From Propionibacterium freudenreichii subsp. freudenreichii (GTDB lineage: Bacteria; Actinomycetota; Actinomycetes; Propionibacteriales; Propionibacteriaceae): a stretch of 32,000 nucleotides of DNA. A model generated the notes under the pieces. The model ran no database searches and was not told the DNA's origin. It was given only the letters and a program-made list of their open reading frames with translations. Made by a program: the position numbers and the translations under genes. The stretch lies in the NCBI RefSeq assembly GCF_000940845.1, contig NZ_CP010341.1, forward strand, positions 2,190,001 to 2,222,000, read 5' to 3'. Positions 7,208 to 14,414 of the stretch are shown piece by piece; the stretch's first letter is position 1, and every line of letters starts with the position of its first letter.

Positions 7208-7325
7208 GCCCGGGGAGTGCCCCCAAGGAAACCGGTGAACAGGGGCCGGGCGCGGCCCGACACAGCGACCCACGATGGGCCCCACGGACGGCCGGGGCCG
7301 ACGGGTCCTGCCCGCCAGCAGCGCC

Positions 7326-8681
7326 CTACTGCCCGTGCAGATGCATGACCACCTGGGCGGCGGTGTCGGTGCCGGAACGCACCGCACCCTCCATGTAGCC
7401 ATTGAACTTGCTGGCGTATTCGGCGCCGGCGAAGTGGACGCGTCCGAAGCGCGCACCCAGCTGCTGGCCGGTCACGCTCCACAGTCCGGGCGCGAAATGG
7501 GCGCCATGGGAGCCCTTCGTGAACGGATCGGCACCCCAGTCGTGGTCGAGGTATTCCAGCGGCGTGGCGGCCTGCTCGCCGAAGACGGTGACCAGCGCGT
7601 CACGGAAGACCCGCTCGCGCATGCTGGCGGAGAACTTGGTGAGGGTGGCCGCCTCGGCCCCCTCGAAGAAGCCCATCAGGATGCCGCGCTCACTGGCCGG
7701 ATCGGAGGTGTCGAAGGTGACGCGCACCGGACCGTCGTCGGCGGCCATCTGGCCCGACAGGCCGGCGTCGCGCCACCAGGGGCGTTCGAACAGCATGTGG
7801 CACTTGATGATCGCCCCGGCCGGGGTCTTCTGCACGGTCTCGTAGCGCCAGGGGTCCAGCTGCGGCGCCCACACGAGGTCCTTGGCCAGCCACGGCGGCA
7901 CCGACAGCACGGCGGTGCGGGCCCGGATCTGCTCGCCCTCGGAGGTGACCACGACCACCGCGTCGTCCTCCTGGTCGATGGTGACCACCGGAGTGGACAA
8001 CCGCACCCTGCCCTCGAGCTGGGCGGCCATCCGTTCGGCCAGCTGGAGCACGCCGTCCACCAGGCGCACCTGGCCGATGTCGCCATTGGTGGCGATCAGG
8101 TTCTCCATGTCGACGCCGGCACGCACATGGGTGAGCACATCGCCCAGCGTCGTGTCGGACAGCGGGCCGTGCACCACGGCGCGCAGGGCCCCGCGCAGGT
8201 CGCGCTGCGCCGAGGGGGTGCGCAGGTTGGCGGTGAGCCAGCGTTCCATCGGCTGGTCGAGCCAGGCGGTGTTGGCCCCCGCCCAAGCCGGATCACTGAC
8301 GGTGCGCTCGGCCAGCCGGCGCAGCCGCAGCACGCCCTGGCCCAGGTCGGCGGCGGCGAAGGGAGTGCGGTGGGAATGCTCGTCGGGTGACTGCTCCACG
8401 GCCCGCACATCGCCCTGCTGCACCACCAGCAGCTTGCCGGGGTTGGCCGGCATGGTTGCGGCAGCGGCCTCGTCGATCAGCTCGAGCATGCGGTCGTGGT
8501 TGGGGAACACCCACTGCCCGCCCTGCTCCACCAGCTCGCCGCTGGAGAAGCGCGCATTGTCGACGCGCCCCCCGATGCGGTCGCGGGCCTCCAACACCAT
8601 GACGTCATGGCCGCGCCGGACCAGCTGCGTTGCGACGGTGAGCCCGCCGAAACCGGCTCCCACTATCAGGCAATCAAGCAC
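7326..8681 (-). CDS. Flavin-containing amine oxidase (monoamine/putrescine oxidase family)
   Basis: 451-aa ORF from GTG 8681 with a GGGGGAAG SD. N-terminal dinucleotide-binding motif IVGAGFGGL...VLEARDRIGGR and C-terminal FAGAEY...GYMEGAVRSG, typical of the family. Confidence 0.9.
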   Translation of the reverse strand: MLDCLIVGAGFGGLTVATQLVRRGHDVMVLEARDRIGGRVDNARFSSGELVEQGGQWVFPNHDRMLELIDEAAAATMPANPGKLLVVQQGDVRAVEQSPDEHSHRTPFAAADLGQGVLRLRRLAERTVSDPAWAGANTAWLDQPMERWLTANLRTPSAQRDLRGALRAVVHGPLSDTTLGDVLTHVRAGVDMENLIATNGDIGQVRLVDGVLQLAERMAAQLEGRVRLSTPVVTIDQEDDAVVVVTSEGEQIRARTAVLSVPPWLAKDLVWAPQLDPWRYETVQKTPAGAIIKCHMLFERPWWRDAGLSGQMAADDGPVRVTFDTSDPASERGILMGFFEGAEAATLTKFSASMRERVFRDALVTVFGEQAATPLEYLDHDWGADPFTKGSHGAHFAPGLWSVTGQQLGARFGRVHFAGAEYASKFNGYMEGAVRSGTDTAAQVVMHLHGQ

Positions 8682-8780
8682 GAAGCTTCCCCCACTCGAT
8701 GCGTCCAGGCCTCCATGGCCTCCTTGCTGACTCTACAGAGCCGACGCGTTACCGCCGAGCTCGGGGTGACACGAACACAG

Positions 8781-8820
8781 GCGGCGGACCCGGCCACGCA
8801 CTGCGTGCCGAACCCGCCGC
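8781..8820 (-). terminator. Long, nearly continuous GC hairpin 37 nt downstream of the permease stop
   Basis: The minus-strand RNA GCGGCGGGUUCGGCACGCAGUGCGUGGCCGGGUCCGCCGC folds with a 7-bp outer stem, G-U/GC middle pairs and a 4-bp inner stem. It is followed by the moderately U-rich CUGUGUUCGUGU. Confidence 0.5.
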
Positions 8821-8856
8821 CTGTTATCGCCCGGAGGATGGAACCGGGTGTCGAAC

Positions 8857-10308
8857 TCAGCCCTTCTCGGCCCGCAACTCCTGGGTGATCGTGTCGTCCA
8901 GGTGGGCACGCCCACGCACGGCGAACCAGCCGATCGCCAGGATGACGAACCAGATCGGCGTCACCACAAGGGCCTTCAGTGTGTCGGGCTGCTGGGTGAG
9001 CACCCAGATCACGAACGCGAAGAAGGCCAGCACCACCCAGCACATCACGCGTCCGCCCGGCATGGCGTAGGTGGTGGAGGCGTGCAGATCGGGCCTCTTG
9101 GCGCGGTAGCGCAGGTAGCTCACCAGGATGAGGCCCCACACGAAGATGAACAGCACCGACGAGACGGTGGTCACCAGGGTGAAGGCCTCGATCACCGAGT
9201 TCGACATGGTGAGCAGCAGGCTGGAGCTGACCAGCACGACGGTGACGAACAGGCCGCTGGCCGGCACCCCGTGGCGGGTGAGCCTGCCGAAGGCGTTGGG
9301 GGCCATGCCCTTGTGCGACAGGCCGTAGAGCATCCGTGAGGTGGAGTAGATGCCCGAGTTGGCGCTCGAGGCGGCCGAGGTGAGCACCACGAAGTTCATC
9401 ACGGTGGCCGCGGCGCCGAAGCCGACCAGGCCGAACAGGTTGACGAACGGCGACACCGCCGGGTTCACCTGGCTCCAGGGCGTGACGCACATGATGGCGG
9501 CCAGCGCCACGACGTAGAACATGAGCACCCGCACCGGCACCGCGTTGATGGCCTTCGGCAGCGTCTTGAGCGGGTTCTTCGTCTCGGCGGCGGTGGTGCC
9601 CACCAGCTCGATGCCCACATAGGCGAAGACGGCGATCTGGAAGCCGGCCAGGAAGCCGTTCATGCCCTTGGGGAAGACGCCACCGTCATTCCACAGGTTG
9701 GCCAGCGAGGCCTTGACGCCGTCGGGGGCGGTGAAGCCGATGACCACCAACACCACGGCCAACACGATGAGCCCCAGGATCGCGACGATCTTGATCAGCG
9801 CGAACCAGAACTCCAATTCGCCGAAGAGGCGCACGGTGAGCAGGTTGAGCACGAACAGCAGGGCCAGCGTGGCCACCGACAGGATGATCGACCAGGTCTC
9901 GTTCTTCAACCAGAAATCCCAATAACTGGTGAAGGCGATCACATCCGCCATGCCGGTGACCACCCAGCACAGCCAATATGTCCAGCCGGCGAAGAACCCC
10001 GCCCAGGGACCCAGCAGGTCGGCGGCAAAGTCCTGGAAGCTCTTGTAATTCAGGTTCGACAGGAGCAGCTCGCCCATCGCCCGCATCACGAAATAGAGCA
10101 TGACGCCGATGATCAGGTACACCAGCATGATGCTGGGCCCCGCGGTGTGGATGGTCTTGCCGGAACCCATGAACAGGCCAGTGCCGATGGCGCCGCCAAT
10201 GGCGATCAGCTGGACGTGCCGGTTACCCAGGGCTCGGTGCAGGTGTTGATCGTCATTGTCCTGATCGCCATGGTGGCGATCCGACACGACGGCGTTGGTT
10301 TCACTCAT
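8857..10308 (-). CDS. Amino acid permease (APC superfamily, AnsP/GabP/CycA-like)
   Basis: 483-aa 12-TM-type ORF with a GGAAGG SD. Contains the N-terminal signature RHVQLIAIGGAIGTGLFMGSG and GPWAGFFAGWTYWLCWVVTGMAD. Confidence 0.9.
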   Translation of the reverse strand: MSETNAVVSDRHHGDQDNDDQHLHRALGNRHVQLIAIGGAIGTGLFMGSGKTIHTAGPSIMLVYLIIGVMLYFVMRAMGELLLSNLNYKSFQDFAADLLGPWAGFFAGWTYWLCWVVTGMADVIAFTSYWDFWLKNETWSIILSVATLALLFVLNLLTVRLFGELEFWFALIKIVAILGLIVLAVVLVVIGFTAPDGVKASLANLWNDGGVFPKGMNGFLAGFQIAVFAYVGIELVGTTAAETKNPLKTLPKAINAVPVRVLMFYVVALAAIMCVTPWSQVNPAVSPFVNLFGLVGFGAAATVMNFVVLTSAASSANSGIYSTSRMLYGLSHKGMAPNAFGRLTRHGVPASGLFVTVVLVSSSLLLTMSNSVIEAFTLVTTVSSVLFIFVWGLILVSYLRYRAKRPDLHASTTYAMPGGRVMCWVVLAFFAFVIWVLTQQPDTLKALVVTPIWFVILAIGWFAVRGRAHLDDTITQELRAEKG

Positions 10309-10373
10309 GGGATCAACCTTCCCGGATGGATTCGGGGCCAGGCCTGTCTGCCCCCGACCCGGCGCACATTACA

Positions 10374-10475
10374 TGTCACCCCAACCCCCGCAGGGGGAAT
10401 CCGAAAAATAGTGGCAACTGTCACAAAGTTGTCACCTGTGGGAGTAATCCGCCGGCGTGCAATCACGCCGTGACA
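10374..10475. promoter_or_regulatory. TGTCAC repeat cluster in the divergent permease / ABC promoter region
   Basis: TGTCAC at 10374, 10419 and 10430 (the last two 11 bp apart), and the inverted GTGACA at 10470. The 5-bp inverted repeat CAACT...AGTTG spans 10415-10431. The local sequence is visibly less GC-rich. Confidence 0.25.
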
Positions 10476-10571
10476 ACGCATGCCATACACGGATCACAGC
10501 GACCTTGCAGCCGTGCAACAGCTGGTGGGACGAGGCTGCTTGGCGTCCCCCAGAAGAAAGGAAACACGCGC

Positions 10572-12086
10572 ATGCTCATGACCTTTGCGCGCCGCGAACT
10601 AGGCAGGCGGCGACGCCAGACGATCATCGTCGCACTGGGCCTTGCCATTGCGGTGGCACTACTGATGGTGGTCCATTCCGTGTCGTCGGGTGTGAGCCGG
10701 GCGCAGTCCGAGGTGCTGTCCTCCGTGTACGGAGTGGGCACCGACATCACGGTGACCCAGAAATCGACCCAACAGCCCGGGCAGGGCTTCGACATGGCCC
10801 CCGGCGCGCAGGACGCCAACGGCAACACCTCGGTGTCGTCGACCACCGTGCGCACCACGCGGGGCACCGAGGCCTTCGACGCCTCGCAGCTGGCCACCGT
10901 GCAGGGCGTGCAGGGCGTGGCCGGCGCCACCGCCGTGCTGAACCTCGAGCAGACCACCTTCGACGGCCAGATCGGCTCGTCGGGCAGCGCATCATCCAGT
11001 TCATCGGGCAGCTCGTCATCGGCCAGTGCCTCGCCCTCGGCGTCGGCCAGCTCGGGAACCAGCCGCGGCGCGATGGGTGGTGGCCGGATGAACCTCAACC
11101 AGACCACCATCACCGGCGTTGAACCCGGCGCGACGCTCGGGCCCCTGTCGACATTGAGCGTCAGCAGTGGACGCGCGCTGGCCACCAGCGACGACGGCAA
11201 CGACGTCGCCCTGGTGTCGAGCGACTATGCGAGCCAGCACAATGTGGCGGTCGGCGGCACCATCTCGGTGGCCAACAAGGACGTGAGCGTGGTCGGCATC
11301 GTCACGTCGAGCTCGTCGAGCAGCATCTCGGAGGTGTACCTGCCGCTGAAGACGGCGCAGGCGCTGTCGGACAACACCGACAAGATCAGCGAGATCCTGG
11401 TGCAGGCCTCCGACTCGAACCAGGTGTCCACGGTCGCCTCAGCGCTCACCAAGGCGCTGCCGTCGGCCACCGTGTCGACCCAGGAGGCGCTGGCCCAGTC
11501 GGTGAGCGGTTCGCTCGGCTCGGCGTCGAAGCTGATCAGCTCGCTGGGCACCTGGCTGTCGATCGGCGTGGTGGTGGTGGCCTTCGGCCTGGCCGTGCTG
11601 TTCACGGTGAGCGGGGTGAACCAGCGCACGCGTGACTTCGGCACCCTGAAGGCGCTGGGTTGGTCGCGGCGACGCATCGTGGGCCAGGTGGCCACCGAGT
11701 CGTTGCTGCGGGCAGGCATCGGGGGCGCGGCAGGCATCGTGCTCGGCCTGGTCGCCACCCTGGTGATCAACGCCATGGGCATCACCCTGTCGGGCTCGAC
11801 CGGCGGCTTCTCGATGGGAGGTGGCCGCGGCGCACCCGGCGGGCAGCCCTCCGGGATGCCGAGCATGGCCGGCGGACAGGCCGGTGGCGCACCCGCAGGC
11901 GGGGGCGGTGGCATGGCCGAGCGGGCGTCCAATGCCGTGAACGTGGTGTTGCACAGCCCGGTGAGTATCCAGATGATCGCGATCGGCCTGGCGGCGGCGC
12001 TCGTCGGCGGCCTGCTGGCCGGCGTGATCGGAGGCTGGCGTGCAGGCGGAATGCGTCCGGCCGAAGCCCTGAGGAGCGTGGAGTGA
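10572..12086 (+). CDS. ABC transporter permease, FtsX/MacB type
   Basis: The real start is taken as ATG 10572 (GAAAGGA SD upstream), not the ORF-track start 10326. It has an N-terminal TM helix, a large extracytoplasmic domain with a poly-Ser tract and a C-terminal FtsX-like three-TM module. A Gly-rich loop sits in that module. Its stop overlaps the ATPase start. Confidence 0.85.
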   Translation: MLMTFARRELGRRRRQTIIVALGLAIAVALLMVVHSVSSGVSRAQSEVLSSVYGVGTDITVTQKSTQQPGQGFDMAPGAQDANGNTSVSSTTVRTTRGTEAFDASQLATVQGVQGVAGATAVLNLEQTTFDGQIGSSGSASSSSSGSSSSASASPSASASSGTSRGAMGGGRMNLNQTTITGVEPGATLGPLSTLSVSSGRALATSDDGNDVALVSSDYASQHNVAVGGTISVANKDVSVVGIVTSSSSSSISEVYLPLKTAQALSDNTDKISEILVQASDSNQVSTVASALTKALPSATVSTQEALAQSVSGSLGSASKLISSLGTWLSIGVVVVAFGLAVLFTVSGVNQRTRDFGTLKALGWSRRRIVGQVATESLLRAGIGGAAGIVLGLVATLVINAMGITLSGSTGGFSMGGGRGAPGGQPSGMPSMAGGQAGGAPAGGGGGMAERASNAVNVVLHSPVSIQMIAIGLAAALVGGLLAGVIGGWRAGGMRPAEALRSVE

Positions 12087-12928
12087 TGTACACCCTGACT
12101 GATGTGACCAAGACCTATGCCGGCAAGCATCCGGTGACCGCGCTCGACCGCGTGACGATCACCATCCCCGACGGCCAGATGGTGGCCATCGAGGGGCCCA
12201 CCGGCGGTGGCAAGTCGACGATGCTGCAGATGTTGGGCGCGCTCGACGTGCCCACCAGCGGCACGGTGACACTCGACGACGTGGAGTTGTCCGACGCCGG
12301 CGAGCGACGGCTGCAGGAGGTGCGCGCCGAACGCGTCGGCATCGTCTTCCAGAACTTCAACCTGATCGCCACCCTGTCGGCGCTGGAGAACGTGCAGACG
12401 GCCCTGGTGCCGCTGGGCGTGGGCGCCGAGGAACGCCTGGAACGTTCGCGGGCGGCGCTCGACCAGGTGGCGATGGGCGATCGGGCCGACCACCTGCCCA
12501 GCGAGTTGTCCGGGGGCCAGCAACAGCGGGTTGCGATTGCCCGGGCGCTGGTGAAGCGTCCCCGGGTGTTGCTGGCCGACGAGCCCACCGGAAACCTGGA
12601 TGGCCCCATGCGCGACGAGATCCTGGCGCTGCTGCATTCCAGCTGGCACGCAATGGGTCTGACGGTGATCATGGTCACCCACGACTCGCGGGTGGCGGCC
12701 AGCGCGCAGCGTCGGCTGCGCATCGCCCACGGACGGCTCAGCGAGATCGGGGACGGGCGTCGGGCCGGCGCGGACGAGCCGGACGGGGCCCGGGGAGATC
12801 CCGGTGGGGCACGGCGCTCCCCCGCTCCGGCCCAGGACCACCCGGACGACGCGCTCGAGGACGCGACGCCGGGCGCATCGCACCAGCCCACGGCACCGGG
12901 GACGTACGAGGAGCGTCCGCTGGGCTGA
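12086..12928 (+). CDS. ABC transporter ATP-binding protein (MacB/LolD-like)
   Basis: ATG 12086 overlaps the permease stop. Walker A GPTGGGKST, signature LSGGQQQRVAIARAL, Walker B LLADEPTGNLD and H-loop VTHD are present. A ~55-aa low-complexity C-terminal tail follows. Confidence 0.9.
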   Translation: MYTLTDVTKTYAGKHPVTALDRVTITIPDGQMVAIEGPTGGGKSTMLQMLGALDVPTSGTVTLDDVELSDAGERRLQEVRAERVGIVFQNFNLIATLSALENVQTALVPLGVGAEERLERSRAALDQVAMGDRADHLPSELSGGQQQRVAIARALVKRPRVLLADEPTGNLDGPMRDEILALLHSSWHAMGLTVIMVTHDSRVAASAQRRLRIAHGRLSEIGDGRRAGADEPDGARGDPGGARRSPAPAQDHPDDALEDATPGASHQPTAPGTYEERPLG

Positions 12929-13052
12929 GCTGAGCCGAGCTGGTGACGATGGAGGGGCCCCGACCGGTGACGACCGCCCGGGGCCCTGTCGTCGTTCACC
13001 GTGGCGGCGGCTCGCCGCGACCGGTCCCGGCGGGCAGCGCCCCGGCATGGCG

Positions 13053-13087
13053 AAACCCCCGGTCGGGATCCCGACCGGGGGTTTCTT
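13053..13087. terminator. Bidirectional intrinsic terminator
   Basis: Perfect 32-nt palindrome AAACCCCCGGTCGGGATCCCGACCGGGGGTTT followed by CTT on the plus strand (T-tract TTTCTT), with an A-tract on the other side. It sits between the ABC operon (+) and the 3' end of tRNA-Thr (-). Confidence 0.75.
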
Positions 13088-13090
13088 CGG

Positions 13091-13163
13091 AGCCGTCTAC
13101 GAGAGTCGAACTCGTGACCTACGCTTTACGAGAGCGTCGCTCTACCGACTGAGCTAAGACGGC
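13091..13163 (-). tRNA. tRNA-Thr, anticodon CGU
   Basis: The reverse complement is GCCGTCTTAGCTCAGTCGGTAGAGCGACGCTCTCGTAAAGCGTAGGTCACGAGTTCGACTCTCGTAGACGGCT. It folds by hand into a 7-bp acceptor stem, D arm GCTC/GAGC, anticodon stem ACGCT/AGCGT with loop CTCGTAA, and T arm ACGAG-TTCGACT-CTCGT. The 3' CCA is not encoded. Confidence 0.9.
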
Positions 13164-13185
13164 CTGCCGCTTGCGCAGCGCGTTC

Positions 13186-13191
13186 ACTATA
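13186..13191 (-). promoter_or_regulatory. Candidate -10 element (TATAGT) for tRNA-Thr
   Basis: TATAGT on the minus strand lies 22 nt upstream of the mature tRNA 5' end and is conspicuous in GC-rich context. No clear -35 element. Confidence 0.4.
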
Positions 13192-13235
13192 CCGACCATC
13201 GCGGAATTCGGGCGAATCCTGCGTCGGCGAAGCGA

Positions 13236-14285
13236 CTATTGCGCCGTTCCGGCGTCGCTGGCAGCGGTCGGACGCGAGGGGCCGGCACCGTCGTCACTCC
13301 CGGCCGGACCACCCGTCCCGGACGCATCTGCCGATCCGGTGGGTCCGCCCGTGCCGGACGTCTTACCCGCACCCGTCCCGTCGACCAGCGGAGCCGCCCC
13401 GGCAGCGCCGGGCACATTGGGCACCGCCGCGTCGGCACGGCGCCGCTTGGTACGCGGTTTCTTCTTCTTGCGGGGCGTCGCCGCAGCGCACTGGCAGGCG
13501 CTGGCCTGCGCCAGCGGACAGCTGGACTGTTCGCCGTCGCGCGTGCGCACCAGCAGGGCATCATTGGGCACTTGATGGCCGATCACCGTGCCCTCACCGG
13601 CCGGCGTCATCACCGTGGTGCCCACCTTCGGCGCCCGGGCATGGAAGTCCTCGTAGGCCTGCTGTTCGTAGCGCAGGCAACACATCGCATGGCCGCACAC
13701 CCCGCAGCGCTGCACGGCACTGACCAGCATGCCCTGCTCGCGTGCCAGGCGCAGCGACACCGGGTCGAGCGTCAACATCGACGAGCAACACAGCGGACGC
13801 CCGCAGGGCCCCACTCCCCCGGTGAGCCGCGCAGCATCGCGTGCCCCCACCTGACGCAGGTCAATGCGGCTGCGCAGCGCACGCACCAGGTCGCCCAACA
13901 GCGCCCGGAAGTCCACCCGCTCGGGCGATTGGTAGTAGAACACCGTCAAGCGGTCGTAGTCGGACGACTGGTCAAGGAAGTCGACGGCCAGCAGCTTCAT
14001 GGCCAACCCGTGGCGTTCGATCAGCAGGCGCGCCACCTCGGCGGCATCGGCCCGCACCTGCCGGTTGGCCTCGTCGCGCGCCAGGTCGGCGGGGGTCGCC
14101 GCCCCGGCACACACCGGCACCGCGTCGGGCAGGTCGACGTCGCCACGCCAGACCACCCGGGCCACCTCGCGGCCGTCCTCGGTGGGGTACAGCACCTGAT
14201 CGCCGATGGCGTGCTCGTGGCCGCCGGCCGCCAGGTAGTGCAGCTGGCCGTGCGGCTGGAACTCCACCGCCAGGACGCTCGCCAT
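13236..14285 (-). CDS. PSP1 domain protein (RicT/YaaT-like)
   Basis: 349-aa ORF. It has a PSP1-like core with a Cys cluster (CGRPLCCSS...CGVCGHAMCCLRYE) and the downstream-of-holB position typical for this family. The C-terminal tail is basic, then Gly/Ala/Pro-rich. Confidence 0.85.
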   Translation of the reverse strand: MASVLAVEFQPHGQLHYLAAGGHEHAIGDQVLYPTEDGREVARVVWRGDVDLPDAVPVCAGAATPADLARDEANRQVRADAAEVARLLIERHGLAMKLLAVDFLDQSSDYDRLTVFYYQSPERVDFRALLGDLVRALRSRIDLRQVGARDAARLTGGVGPCGRPLCCSSMLTLDPVSLRLAREQGMLVSAVQRCGVCGHAMCCLRYEQQAYEDFHARAPKVGTTVMTPAGEGTVIGHQVPNDALLVRTRDGEQSSCPLAQASACQCAAATPRKKKKPRTKRRRADAAVPNVPGAAGAAPLVDGTGAGKTSGTGGPTGSADASGTGGPAGSDDGAGPSRPTAASDAGTAQ

Positions 14286-14292
14286 GGCCCGA

Positions 14293-14298
14293 ACACTA
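14293..14298 (-). promoter_or_regulatory. Candidate -10 (TAGTGT) placed for a leaderless PSP1 transcript
   Basis: The minus strand reads TAGTGT-tcgggcc-ATG, so 7 nt separate the hexamer from the start codon. No SD is present, matching the common actinobacterial leaderless architecture. Confidence 0.35.
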
Positions 14299-14414
14299 TC
14301 CCGGGCGCCCGGCCGAATTCACCCCCGGCTCCGGACATGACGGGGCCCGGCGTCCCCATCGGGGAGCACCGGGCCGGGTCACGATGACGTTGCGGGGCAA
14401 CGCCGGTCAGGAAC

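Noticed and set aside
6517-7325. Known RNA families in the gene-free region (RNase P, tmRNA, SRP, glycine/TPP/ZTP riboswitches, mini-ykkC, hammerhead).
   Set aside because: By-eye comparison found none of their signature blocks. There is also no downstream plus-strand gene for a riboswitch to control. A covariance-model scan is still needed.
10326-10571. N-terminal extension of the ABC permease ORF.
   Set aside because: It runs through the divergent promoter region and its translation is not protein-like. ATG 10572 has a GAAAGGA SD and begins the typical FtsX N-terminal TM helix.
11225-13048. 607-aa ORF antisense to the ABC permease and ATPase.
   Set aside because: It is an Arg/Pro/Gly-rich junk-like translation. 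The opposite strand has Walker A/B and the ABC signature.
7326-13163. Possible tRNA-Thr-associated genomic islet (amine oxidase, permease, ABC transporter) bounded by the repeat region and the tRNA 3' end.
   Set aside because: There is no integrase, no visible duplication of the tRNA 3' end near 6517-7325, and no obvious compositional break that I can see by eye.
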